From assembly GCF_022045235.1 (NCBI RefSeq), contig NW_027266319.1:65596001-65660000 (forward strand): a stretch of 64,000 bases of DNA, in the 5' to 3' direction. Source of the stretch: Haliotis cracherodii (lineage: Eukaryota). Shown piece by piece: positions 22,453 through 35,872 of the stretch (its first letter is position 1; every line of letters begins with the position of its first letter). Below the pieces are notes generated by a model, which saw nothing but the letters and a program-made list of their open reading frames with translations, was not told the DNA's origin and made no database searches. The position numbers were made by a program, and so were the translations under genes.

Positions 22453-25400
22453 ATCAAAGAAAAGCTGTACCTTGTCTGCTGCTTGCTTGTTTGCATTAGA
22501 AGCAATTTTCTGACGAAGACCTTTCACAGCTCTGTTGCTTTCAAAATACATCTTCATATACTTGTCTCCTTTTCTCTTGAAATGGGATGCTCTCTTTTCA
22601 AGTTGTTGTAGCTTCTTCTGTTTTGCTTTAGTATCTTTTTGTAAGCCAACAGATTCCTTTTCAATTTTCAGTCTCTTCTCCTTAGTCGATGCTTCCTTTT
22701 CAACTAATCTTTCATATTTTCTTTTTATCTGTTTCCTTTCATCTTGCAATTTCTGCGTTCTTTAAGCTGTTGCTTGGTCTTGTCCAATTCTGTTGCATGT
22801 GTCTTCTGTTCAGGTTGCTTAGGCAAGATGAAAGTTGATGAAACAGATGTACTTGTAGACTGTGGAATGACAAATTGCTTTTGAAGAATGTCCAACTTAC
22901 TTTGACCCCTCTTATTCTTCAGTGATGTCAGTACCCTGTGAATCTTAGCTATGACAGCTGGTGCATTTATGCATTCAACATCTAATCCACAAATCCTTGA
23001 AATCCAATTTTGCAGAGAATGTCCAACTTCAAGACCTAATGTCCTTGACAAAGTATACAAATCAAATAGTACTCCATGTGTCACTTGTCTGTCCGTAATT
23101 TGGGGAAAGTTCAGAGGTATTATCTATCAATTTACTTTGGGAAATTCCAAGTTGATCCAAATACGTCATGGCTGAATAATTAATTAACAAACAAATGGTT
23201 GCTGAAAGTCAAGATGGTTCTGCTTGAAATTGTCTCGGTTGACTTGTCGTTTTGAAAGACTTCCACCAAGTCACCTGCTAAAAGTCCTGTTGAATTTGTG
23301 TAACAGTCCCCACTACAGACTGTCTGAGACTCAACTGATTGCTTTCTTTCAATCGACTTACTTGTACGTCTCTTCTTCAGAATGATTGACTGGGATTCCT
23401 CGTCCGAACTAGAGATGTATTGTACAGAAGCCTCATAACTAGTGCTTTGTTTTGGTGAGGGTCCTACATCACTGGTGACCGCCTGCGAGGTTGGGATAGT
23501 TGCATCACTGTCTACAGCCTGTCAGAGAATAAAATAATATGTAAAAGTTGCAAAGTGTTATTAAATAAATGACATAGAAACTATTATTTATTGTTATTCA
23601 TACTCACAAAGAATAGTTTTATTACTCCCCGACAGAGTTAAGACGGATATAGTATGCCAAATATGATCCAACGCTTTGCTGCAGTAAAATGTCCTGTGCT
23701 TTTAGCATGATGCAGGTGGTGTTGATTTTAGCACTATAGAAGTTGACTATTATTATTTACTAATAATATATAAAATTATTTAGGAGTAGTATGAATTTAT
23801 AGTTATACAATCTTATCACCTGAGTATCTGTGAAAGTTAGACTCCCATATCTGTACTGGGAATATTCATCCGAACTCGGCAATGGCTGGCTATCAAATGT
23901 GAGGCTGTTGTCAGGCTCATTCATGGTAACTGAAACATACATACAAAGTGATCATGTGAAATTAACAAAGTCTTTGCCTTAGTACTAAAGGGGCCAAAAA
24001 CCTATTTCCAAAGCATATACAATTTGCATTGCAAAAAGGAGTACTTAAAAAATACAAAAAATTCTGTTTGATGCTTTTATATACAAGAATGTGGGGATGT
24101 TTTGCACAGATTATAAATAGAATACACTTGCTTAAACAGTACATACTCAATAACACAGGTAATAATTACTGTGTTATGCAAAGGTGTGTATAAAATAGAT
24201 GTAAAAGCACGATGAATGCTGTAAGTACAAATATTCACCCTAGCCATTTTCAATTTAACTTAAGTGTTTTATTAGCAACAGTGAATATGGCATGCAATAA
24301 TTAACAATCTGACTCACCAACCAATCACAAAACTAAAGTATGAATCTTGCAAAAGTATGTCTTCCAGTCCCCCCTTGAAAACGAAAAGTTTAAATTATGT
24401 CATGTAATTGAAGAGATAAATCACATTACAACAGATTACAACAATTTGAATATCTAATATTTTGTATTTCTTATTATATCATTTGATAATTAATCAAGTT
24501 ACCCCAATCTGCTTTTAAATTGCTTACATATAATTTCTCATATTCTCAGGTAAAAAATAGAAATGTAATCCAATAAAAACGTGGTGTGCTTATGTTAGAC
24601 GTATTTTTATTGATAATGTTATTACTTTTGATTAATAACTACAGTGTATGCTTTACTTCATTTAATAATGTAACAGTTTTCCAGTTGGAAAAGTAATCAA
24701 ATTAAATGAAATCTTACTTAATCGAACACGTTTAGGCTAGAGTCACTTTGTTCTTGAAAATATTTTAAAATAAATCCAACTAGATATGAATATATTAATA
24801 GTCATGATCTGAATAGTAATTATTAATATATAGATCAGGACTTTATTAATTTATTTATTTAATAGTCTTATTAATAGTAATAATACTCTTAATATATCTT
24901 AGTTTCAAGGAAATCCCCGAACTAAAAATAGAAATGTAACATCTATCGCGCGATTGTACCAGCGCGATTGTCTCCCGAGTTACCTCCCTTTGGAAAATTG
25001 AGTCCCATCGCTTGAAGACAATTTAAGCTATATCTACGCTAAAATACTAATGGAATCACGATGGAAGTTATTTCTATGAAGTCTAGAAGTCAAGAAACAA
25101 CCGTTACCTATTGCGTATATGGATGTCAAGGGTCCATTCATGTCCAAATTTCCGTTTCCAGCGCTGACAAATCTTCGCTTGACCTCACTTGAAAAAACAA
25201 TGGCGATTTACGGTTAATTTATTCATGTAAGCTTTGATATATCACCTTTGCCAAGGTCGAGGTCGTAGGAATTTTCCACAGCAGAGCGTATGAAATTGCT
25301 TGGTCTGCCAGGTCAGCTTGAACCCGGAGGCAAGAGATAGGTTACGCGCGCCCCCTAGCAGCGGTGGTGGTTGCCGGGCAGAAATTTCTTATTTAATTTA

Positions 25401-25513
25401 ATATAATTTAATGACAGTTTAAGAAACGCTACACTATCAAAGAGTTGCTTCCGCTTAACTATTGCACCTTTCTTTTCAAACCGAAACTATCGTCCATAGA
25501 ACGAACGAATTAA

Positions 25514-26392
25514 GGATTTGAGAAAACACGCTCACGAGGTTTTGGTAGACAGAGCATGCCCTGGGGAGAGGGAAAAACCAGGGGGGCGAAGCCCCCGCGG
25601 TTTTTCCCGACCCCCAGGGCATGCTCTGTCTACTAAAACCGAGGGAGAGTGTTTTTCCATACTTTTAAACCGTCTAAATTGATTAAATGTTATAACGAGC
25701 ATCTATAAATGAGGCGCTTCATTATAGCGCTTCCTTGAAGACATGATATCATAACTTGCACGTGAAATTCGCTGACTTGCCAGACGGTCAAGAGCACTTG
25801 GATGTGTCAACAACAAAACACAACTAAAATACTTACTTTTAAATGAAAGTGAAATCTTCGGTCTCTAAATGTTTGTGTTGCAATATTCCACTTCTTTTAA
25901 ACTTTTCAAAACGAAAATTTCGCAAATTTAAAAGGTGTCTTTTGCTTTACAAGATTTACGACTTTAAACAATCCAACTGTTACGTAGAGGTAGTTGTGAC
26001 CTAACGGCTAGCAGTTACTTCCCGTGCTTATTGTGCAGCATTGAGAAGCACTTGTTTAAAAGCACGTGTTGTGAAACCTTGCTGTCCTTTCACCAGAGAC
26101 TCTGAAGTGGAAAGATGAGCGACGAAGACTTTCATTTTGTTACCCAGTCTTCATTCACTGTACACATGCCATTCAATTTTAATTGAATTAAAATTTTGAA
26201 TTGCTACTTGTAGTCATTTTTTCAGTTACTTGGTTAAATCTGGGATTTTAGGTTTTACATTCAAAGTAAAACTTCCAGAACGAAAATATAACCTCATAAT
26301 AGGTTTTACTTTGAAAGTAAAACCTCACAATAGGTTTTAATGCCTATAGAAAGAACTCTCTTACTTAATAGAGATCCCAATTAATAGGTTTA
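25514..26392. mobile_element. Non-autonomous insertion with a long subterminal hairpin (~25537-25643) centred on GCGAAGC
   Basis: Absent from the paralog (gaattaatgaatg at ~588-600); flanked by TAA/TAA; no TIRs seen. Superfamily uncertain (Crypton-like is a guess). Confidence 0.7.
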
Positions 26393-29002
26393 TAATGAAT
26401 GTACATGAACACCCTGAATGCTTTATACATAGTTACTCCTTATAGACATCACACAACATTGATTTAGACTGAAATATTGCTAATAGTTCACTAAAACGAA
26501 AGTGAAAGTAGATGCAAACATATGACATAAACGTTTAACGTCTTGTCATTGTTTGGTTAATATGGTATAGGATTATCACATGTACAATATCCACAAATAT
26601 AATTTAATTCCGTTATTTTCTGATAAAAACAATTCTGACTCACATGACAACGTAATGCACCGCCTTACAGTCCGTGTTCTTCCCTCACTGGTGAAAGCGC
26701 GCAATACCTCAGTCACGTGACTATCTCGACCGTACATTGACGCTAATCAATAACATCCGATATTCACAAACAGTGTTTTGTATTGTTGCTATGGAGAGTT
26801 GCAGTAGCCAACACATATCTCCAAACATATACCCAGCATGGCTATGTAAATAAGAAAGTGTCGGTGGTATATATTCAATAAAGCCACATAACATATTTAT
26901 TTCACTGGAGTGAGTAAATCATGCGGAGAGCCGAAGTCAACAATATTGAAACTGTATCGCGATGACCAGTAAAGTTGTATAATCGAGTATTGGACAGAGA
27001 AACCATTGACAGAATGCATGAAGAACGATCCACACCGTCGGGGCACGATGACACGTCACGCCCCAAAGCCTCCGATGCCCTTACGGCTATTATGACAGGC
27101 TGGGAGGTATTCTTCCTGCAGGGTAGTTCCTGTAAGTGAAGTCTAGCGTTGTGCTGAAGCCGTGAACAACTAGATGTATACAGTAGAATCTCGTCAACTC
27201 GAACTTCATTATCTCGACACATATCTTAAGACGATGTCATTTTATTATTCCTTGCAGAAAATGTAGTATAACCAAGACACTTCGCTTCACTGGAAGGACA
27301 TATGTTTCACTGTTCTTACTATTTCACGTTGACGATATGTTTGTGTAATTATGTTTAAAATGATGCAGTTTTCATGCATGTTGTTTTCATCTATAAATTG
27401 TAACATTTTGATATTATCTCTGTCTTATTCTCGCATCGCCGAAATACATGAAACCCAGTTATCTTGTTAAAATGGAGAATCAGTTAAATTAGAGAACCAT
27501 CCATGTTTTCTTTCATCAATTTAATGGCATCACAAACTCAATAGAAGAATTTTCAGATTTTATCAGTTAGTTTGGTGTAAATTGGTGAAAAACTTGTTGT
27601 TTGAAATCGTATCTTGCCGGAAAATGATGTTACTGAATTCAAAGTGAAGTGACAATATATTCTCATTTACTTAATACACCGGTGAATAAATGGTTTTATT
27701 ATGATTGATTAAAAATAATTTTCATTTTAATATGTTATAGAAAATGTACTTTAATACATTACAAATGATGGTTATAAAACAATTAATTATATTGAAGACT
27801 AATCTGAAATTAACGTTAACAGAGAAAATGACATCAGAAAATATAACCGATTTACAAAAGACATCCTAAATTGCATTGAATAATATCCCAACAGGTATTA
27901 GAAATATATATTTCTGCATGAGAATAATAAACCAGAGAACCATACGATTTTAATCCAGTTCAAACAAAATTATTAGTACTTCGAGTTTGTATCATGTAAC
28001 TTCCTGTTTCCAAAACACTTCTACTGCATTTGACTCAAAGGATCTAACAAAATCATGTGGTCAGGCTCGTTGTGTCGGTAAATACATATCATCGTATCCC
28101 AATTGCGCAGATTTATGCTCATGGTGTCAATAACTGCATTTCTGGTCCAGACTCGGCTTTTTACAGGCCGCCGTCAGAAAGATGGAATAGTGTGTGCCCT
28201 GAATCAACCTTCAACACCAAAATCAAAGAGCACAAATCTGCAACCGTTAAATCATAAAATAAATCCGCCATCTCGGCCAATATCAGCATCTGCCCCAATG
28301 AAAACACCAATTGGGGCAATATCTACATCCACTAGGGGCAACCGCCCTTGACGTTACTACAAAAAGGTTTGTCGAAGCAATCCAGATTAGTCGCCACAAG
28401 CCAGTATCTATTTTGATCAGGTCACACTTGGATGAGCACAATAGTTCAGTAGGTAGTTTATGTGGATGAATGACTCTCTGGCTTACTATTCCTCAGGGTA
28501 CACACTGGTCCCCCTGTGCCAGCGTTTAGCCACATATGTATCGTCAACTTCTTCGACGGTGCAGACACACATACAGGCGACCACATGTAATCAGGAGGTC
28601 AGACTCAGTTACTTGGTTGACTGTACGTCACTCTGTCGTGAGATGCTGCTCACATCCACTGATGGAGTTTTCAGAAGAGATTATGAAAAGTGAGTAACAG
28701 AACTGACATCTGTTTTATGTATTCATCTTTATGTGTCCCAAGGCCAGCAACATTAGCATTCGTTAAAATCAACTATCTAAAATGACACGCATCCAGAGTG
28801 ATGGATGTTTGTTTATTTGTTTGTTTGTTTGTCGTTTAACGCCACACTCGGAAATATTCCAGCTTTATGACTGCGGTACACAAACTGCTAAGGATATTGG
28901 AAGATCCGTGTAGAGACATATGACTAAGACATAGTGATCAAGTTGATGTCTTTATTAACAGTACTGATACAACGTGGTAAGGGAAAGGCCACATGTTGGG
29001 GG

Positions 29003-32000
29003 TTACTCCTGCCATCTGCGAAGCCTCACTTCCTTCAGGGTAGAGCAGCTCACCTCCGGGTTTCTAATAACGAAAAAAGGAGCATTAGACAAGTTCAAAG
29101 TTATGTTACGTGTGTCCATCATTTGTGTTATATTTTGCAAGAATAATCATTTTGCTAGAGGCCCTTTTTAATGTAAACGTATTATTTGCACTTCCTAAGT
29201 TTCTATGTGTCACAAGATACACTGGACTCAGCATTTGGTTATTGAATTCATTTTCATTAACTGTTCAATTCTACCATTTACACATGTAAAACAGCATTAT
29301 AATTCAGCATACCCAGATCCATCGGTGCCTATGTTAGCATTCAGGAAGGCTGACCGCTGGATGGTGCTGACATTGTCGGCATTGTCACAGATGATACGAG
29401 CCAATGACGCTTTTTCCAGCTGCGTTATTTGATCTGAATTCAAACAAAGAAACATTGTAAAGATATATGTACTTCACTATTCGAAACAAAGAAATTGACA
29501 TCAATCCCTATTCACAAATTAACGTATATCGTTAATACACCAACCAAGGAAAGAGGTGTATGTATTTACCAGAAGTAAAACCAGTGACAGAGTCTGTAGA
29601 TTCGAACCAGAACCTGTCCCCATCCCTCAATTTCTTGAACTGTTCTCCGATCAGACAGATGTAGGTTCTTCCCACTGCTGCTACATCAAACGGGACTTCA
29701 GCAACACCTCCACTGTACAGATCAATGTCGTCCACGCTGTTACTGAAAGAGTCAAGTAACATGTTATATATGTAATTTAAACCTTTGGAACAACAGAAGT
29801 GTTAAATTATATTGAACAAATATGAAAAGATATTTTTGAAGGTGATTGGTTGTGAATCATAGCTAATCGATTGCGGAGAACAATTTTGTCTAAAATTCTG
29901 ATTAACATAAACACTTACTATATATCCTCAAGATCGCGACCTTGAATGATTCCGAAATCATTATCAGATGTGAAGGAGGTGATTTTGTCGAGACCACAGT
30001 ATTCTCTCCAGGCGTTGTAAGGAGGGAGACCATGTTCTCTTCCTCGCTGAATGTTCAGACTCACAATGTCAAATCCGTCCTTCATGGCGGAATCCTCCTC
30101 AAACATCCTCTGCCTCATGCCATCGACATACCACGCATCAACACGTTCACCTGCAGCGCCCAGAAAACTACTGATGACGTCGTCCAGGCTGTTGATGACG
30201 TATTTGGTTCTCTTGAAAAGGTCACCAGTGTCCACGACCTCGCTTCCTATTGTAAGGTTTTCTGGCACCATCGAATGGCCAAATCGGAAAGCTGCGGTTG
30301 AGAAGACGTTACTGAGAGTTGGGTCGAGGCTGGAATTGTAGTTGTAGTTGCCCAGTTCCAGGCTGTAGTTTGCAACCCCGTCGTCACTAAGGATTTGAGG
30401 CAGCCACTCGTTGTATGTGATCACCTGGTGATATATACGACGTACATCAGGTCTCTGTTCATCTTCATCATATGTTTGATATGAATGCCGTTACAAAATA
30501 CTTGTTAGAACATGTCATTACTTTACTAATAATATCAGGAAAAAACAGTTGTTATCGTAGATGCACAGATAGTATTTATATGTGCGGGGATTTATAATTT
30601 GTATCCACCTGTGTTCAACCGAATTGAAGCCTAACCTGTAATTCAGCAATAACTATTCGTCTTGCTTCTTGGAAGAGTTTCTCGTCATCCCAACCACTGT
30701 TATAGCCTTTGAGTTCTGTTGCAACACGGTTGTGTTCTCTCATGAACAGAGTGTGTAGAGCACTCAGTCCAGGGAAGACATTGACTCTCGAGTCACCTGC
30801 AGTAAAATGGGAAACATTTGTGTATGTTTTATTTGATATGTTGTATAATGACTTGTTTTAAATACCATATATTATATTCATCTTTTATACAGGAAAAACG
30901 AATGTCCATTAAAATGTTAAGAACCATTTTATCACCAACGTTGCTAGCGAACACATCTTACACACATAGTTTAAAAGAATGAAATTGCTGTGAAATATTG
31001 ATTTCTCCTGTTTGTAACGACCTGCTTTGAAACAGTAGTTGCTTGAATCAGAAGTATCAAGAAAGCAATCATCAGAATCTCCTTCCGGCAGAAGATTGTT
31101 TGTTCCCACTTTCAACAATCCGGCTGGAAAATAACAGAGAGACGAATAACGAAACATGTACAGTGCACATAACTTATCATGAAATATAGGAATACTATAA
31201 ACTGAATAGCAAATCAAGGTCTTTCGTGTGATTGTTATCATCTCACAAACTGATACTTATCACAGAAAATCATGGAGAAATCAGGAGGACATGCAACCTA
31301 CATCCAGAGTCAATGTCTCTGAGCTCGGCCGTCTCCGAGTCTGAAATGCCGTAGATGTGGGAACCGTCTATAAAGGCGGACAGTTCATTGTACTGTTGTC
31401 GTGGATCTGGTAGGAGAGAAATCAGGAATGAGTTTACCGTGAAAGTTTTTTTGTTTAAGGATGTTTAAGTATGAGGTTACATTGTGTCCATCTCCGAAAT
31501 ATAATCTTGGTAAATAATTTGAGATGCAATCTCGTCTGTTTCAGGTATGGGAATGAATCATGAATGTGATTATACTTTGAATGGGATCATGGGCAGTTGC
31601 CTAGTCGTCAAAAGCGCCGCTATTGTGCAGAGTTGCGTCCCTTGGGCACGCCAGAAACCTACATTTGGTTTGTAGGTTCGAATCCCAGTTATCCCCGAGT
31701 ATGCGTCCAGGTTTAACAGCACCATACCCGTGCTTGTGGGTTTCACCAAACTGGTAAACATCTTGAAACTACATCACTTCAGGCTTTCCTCTTATATTAA
31801 GCAAACACGCGCTGATATAACTGGAGTGCTTTTCGCAGTACCCTTAAATCTAACTCACTCAATCTCTCAATTTGGATATAACTCTTCAATAGGTATTGAA
31901 ATGCAATCCAATGGACACTTTAATCTTTAAAGAAAGTAGAATAGCTAAATATTTCAAAATGTAATTGGGGAGAATGAGCGAACTTCCAGGCCATATCATG

Positions 32001-35000
32001 GTAGCCGTTTAAGATTGTGTCAGATAACCCATTAAGTTGACAAACAATCAACCAGGTCCCACACTCATTATTTGACGTTTACGTCAAGCATATTCGTGGG
32101 GAATAGCCTACTCAGGAAGGACCAAGGGGAGAAATATGTATTGGGATTTGTATATAAGTGTTCATCCTTACTGGAGGAATCTGTGCCTGTTCCTGAAACC
32201 GCCTCCGATCTCACCAGGTTCATACATTTGCCATCGCCAAAGTAGAAGTCACCATCAGGAAGGGTGATCGGGAAACATGGAGAGTCCGTGCTGATGAAAG
32301 GAAGACAATATTTGATATTTCTGATACATTTTGCATGATCTGTATATAGTATATCAACCATTTTATCATATTTTGAAATATGAATAGTATGGTGTAGTGT
32401 AATCAGACTTGTTCATTGTTGTGTCATATGATACAGTGACAGTATAGTAAGGGATCAAAAGTAGTTTATTGCTATGAAAATCGTACTTAGAAATGAATAT
32501 TCTTGATAGGTAACAGTGTAAACTTACTCGCTTGGAACAGAATCTGTTCTGTCACAACATTCAATATCACTTCCATTATCTGTAAAGAAGAAAGTACATG
32601 CATGTCGATGTTTTGAAGATGAAGAGACATCCACAACAAAGCATGCCCTTCGAAATATAAATATAAAAATTAGAAATGAATACATTATGCGATCGTGCTA
32701 CAATATGCTGTATTTCTGACATGAATAGTGTCAACATTGCGAAAGATAGAAGCAATCTACAAACAACAAGCATGACATACTCATATCCCCCGCCAATGTG
32801 ACATGTCCGGTTGTGTGCAATGCATTAGCTCCTGTGAACTATGTTCGTGAATGGCCTAATTGCAAGCACTAAAAGGTTATTACTGGTGTTGTTTTGCTTT
32901 CTGCAGTTTATGATAGAATATGTAACTGTAGTGAGTTATGTTATTACTTGAACAATAATCAGAGAAATAAGGGAGTTCTGCTCCAGAAACGAGGACTACC
33001 GCCATTTTTAATCTAAGCCAAAGTCGTTGCATGGGAAACTCGAAAAATAATTTTCTTAAAAATCCCATAGTATCCAAACGCAACAGTTTTCCATTAGACC
33101 TATCTATGTGCCAAATTTGGTTAAGATATCGGTCATGTTTTAGTTCTACTCCGGAAACCAAACGTGACGGAACGAACAGACGGGCGGAAGGACGGATGGA
33201 CAGCACTCAGTTCTATATCCCCCTTCCACTTCGTGGCGGGGATAATAATTACTCTTGACAAGGTAAGTATGGGAAAACTCAGACCTTCTGACCCGATCCC
33301 GTCTGCGGTCAGACCACATCACGGACTTACAAAGTAATTTAGCTGCGAACCGTGAAATGCTCGTACCAGACGCCATCATGTTTTGTAGCATACGAGTCAA
33401 TATTCAGGTCAATACAGATCATGTGACGAGTCAATATTCGAGGACAGTAATAGTCACATGATTTCGGGGTTTACATTGAAATGCATTGTTTCGTCACATG
33501 GTACGGATTAACCAATGGAATTGCAAGATTCTTAGGAGATGTATAACGATATCAAATCATTACCTGTAACCACCGGCGTCCCCGTGATGTCATGGTCAAT
33601 AAACTGACCCCACTGCATCAGCATGACGGAGTTTTTGACGGACAGAAAACTCAGCTCAAAGTGAACATGGTTGCTGATGCTTCTTGGGTTAGGCAGGTCT
33701 GATCCATCTGTAGCCAGAGCCCTGGGGTTTCCCATTGCTGTAATGTACAACAGAAATGTTTGTTCGTTGATTTGTCATATTGTTACATGCAGTATACTGG
33801 ATATCCCTTGCCTAATATTCTGTCGGATGTAAACTAATGCTTATTTAAACTTATTTTTTTTATTTTGAATGTAAAACGGTTTTCATTAGATAGGTATATA
33901 TTTTCTTTGAGAGGCATTACGAAGCTGGAGTACTAAGTAAGGATACGATTTATGGATGAACAACTTCCTTATTACAATTAGGAGCGACGTTTCGGTGCAG
34001 GTTCTAACACTGATATCAATCAATCTGTACATCACTTGCTTGATAACAGTGTTAGAACCTACACCGAAACGTTGCTCCTAATTGTAATAAAGAAGCTGTT
34101 CATCCATAAATCTTATCCTTACTCAGGTAATGAGTGTTGTGACGTTTAGTTATTTATAATCAGTTGGTATCGTTCCTCAGATATTTTTTACAGAAATATG
34201 GAAAAATAAACAAACCGTCGGCATAGACAGGTTCCAGCCACCTGGCCAGTTGAGCACCAGCAGCTCCCCATTCCGAATTGTCCACGTTATTGCACGTGCC
34301 ATCAGCTGTCCGATAGGTGTCACTTGAGTCGCAGGTGGCTCTCCTGAGTTAAACGCATTTGTGTGATAAGACATTGAATCCCTTTCATGAACACTATAAA
34401 CACTCTAACTTAGCATTACACATTGAACATGGACGTCCCGGGAAGACTACACATTCTTCAAGTTATAACAGCTGAGGTATTTAATCCTCCAAGATTAATA
34501 CATTATTTTCATTGTTGGATTATATATTTTTGAAAATATTTACTTGTGGTTAAGCGCCGATATGGGTGTACACTTGCATTACAGCAGAACAGGTACATAT
34601 TTACATAAGGGTTTAAGAAACATTATGTCTTCACTACTGTTTAGATTTACATGTCCAGTTTTTCATATCAGACAAACCTGCTTCTGTAGACAGGCTCCAT
34701 GTGTCTTTTACTCTTGGATGATCGCGAACTAAAGGCGCATGGCGTCCTGCTTCCTCCACACTCTGGAACGAAGGCTCACGTGATTTGATGTGTTATCCAA
34801 AAACGGAATATATAATTAAGTTAATACCGTGTTGTTATTATTCTGAGAATAAAATTCTAAATTTAGGCCACATTTATACACCATCTGTACAAATCTGATG
34901 ATACCTTCACCTACTCAAAGTGTTATAGTTCTGCATTCGCGATGATCGAACGCTTCAACCACGAGGGTACCCAATTATCGCGACGATTTGGAAGTTCAAG

Positions 35001-35872
35001 TCATCCCTCAAAATGTTTATGCATAGTTCTCAGTATGAAACAGGTGAGGCAATGTCTCTATTGTTTCAAGTTAAGGTTGGTAGTTCAGTGGAAAAGAATT
35101 GGCTATGGACCATTATTGAAAGATTTCAGATCTTTGATATACCCGACACAGGAGTTACACTTCTTTGTCAAATTACCTTGTTACTTTAGATTTCAGCATT
35201 CCAAGCATTCCTCCCGAATTGTATGCATAGGGAAACACATGAGCTGGAGGGGGACACATTTATGTCTTACCTAAATGTCTTATCCCCAAAGTTCGCACAA
35301 AGTTTTCAATGAGGAAGTCAAGCATTTCACATATCGTTCAACAGCCAGCGAGCCTGAACACCCGATCCCGTTAGAGATCGGGTGGTCAGGCTCGCCGGCT
35401 TTGTGGATACATATCATCGTATCCAAATTACGTAGATGGATGCTCATGATGTCAATCATTGGATTGTCTGGCCGGACTCGATTATTTACAGACCGCTGTC
35501 ATATAGCTGGAAATTTTGCTTAGTGCGGCGTTTAACAACAAACAAACATGCAAACATATATAACTAAGTTCTTGATATGTTTTGAAGAACAGATTCAAAT
35601 GTTCAAATATATGAACTATATTTTTAGATATGACTGCATGTACCAAATACACACGGTTCAATACCATTATACACCAATATAAAATGTACAATATAAAATA
35701 TAATCTTTATAAGTTGCTTATTGCATGTAGCGTTTCTTCAATCCACGAGTTGATAATGAGCAAACCCAACTGCCAATATTTCGCAGGAATATAGATTCTG
35801 AAATAGTTAATACTCACCAGCGTGTATAACGCAGAGCGCGATCAGTAGAGCTTGCACAAGGAATGACTGCAT
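29003..35872 (-). CDS. Secreted animal heme peroxidase (peroxidase-cyclooxygenase superfamily), copy 1, 13 exons, 613 aa
   Basis: Exons 35872-35818, 34762-34678, 34343-34216, 33737-33564, 32579-32528, 32290-32172, 31406-31302, 31123-31022, 30796-30636, 30424-29919, 29742-29570, 29433-29313, 29063-29003; all GT-AG and phase-compatible (1842 nt). Motifs [61 protein letters not shown]. Confidence 0.93.
32765..33250 (+). mobile_element. Helentron-like non-autonomous element in peroxidase intron 4 (longer versions at ~45075-46140 and ~57380-58283)
   Basis: Subterminal inverted motif tatcccccgcca / tggcggggata, (ggac)n-like microsatellite, 3' short hairpin, variable internal tandem units. Confidence 0.55.
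33901..34134. mobile_element. Penelope-like inverted terminal-repeat pair (~90-bp arms) in peroxidase intron 3; also at ~58897-59130; absent from copy 2
   Basis: agtaaggata...ggagcgacgtttcggtg...tatcaa / ttgataa...caccgaaacgttgctcc...tatccttact. Confidence 0.6.

Larger units (their letters stand above)
15034..25141 (-). pseudogene. Spliced transposase-like pseudogene of the outer element with a C-terminal Spin/Ssty Tudor-like domain
   Basis: Putative exons 25141-25108, ~23929-23820, then from ~23518. Coiled-coil region; TDETRKYG, MSDRAS and FFCGLHLL lie in the inverted segment; then NRFN and HNKLPEFVFG; domain FVGKHVEHKF...YNLCEDFEKGDLKIV at ~15070-15245. Stops at 21861-21863(+), 21456 and 20946; several frameshifts. 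Confidence 0.75.
13576..25378 (-). mobile_element. Large decayed DNA transposon (unclassified DDE-like, CxxH-type) carrying a nested Academ element
   Basis: Absent from the paralog (ccttgacagtttaag contiguous at ~476-490); imperfect ~18-bp TIRs actcagcaaccaccactg / gcccggcaaccaccaccg that differ only by transitions; internal transposase-like ORF fragments. Confidence 0.75.

Noticed and set aside
22135-22474. C-terminal half of minus-strand ORF 22135-22749
   Set aside because: Antisense read-through across the inversion junction
28260-28545. Alternative last peroxidase exon (CDLIKIDTGLWR...)
   Set aside because: A phase-compatible terminal exon (NPEVSC...WQE*) exists at 29003-29063 in all copies, and this segment lies outside the repeat unit
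29942-30341. Plus-strand ORFs conserved in all three units (also 42267-42666, 54555-54954)
   Set aside because: Antisense shadows of peroxidase exon 10; conservation is explained by recent duplication
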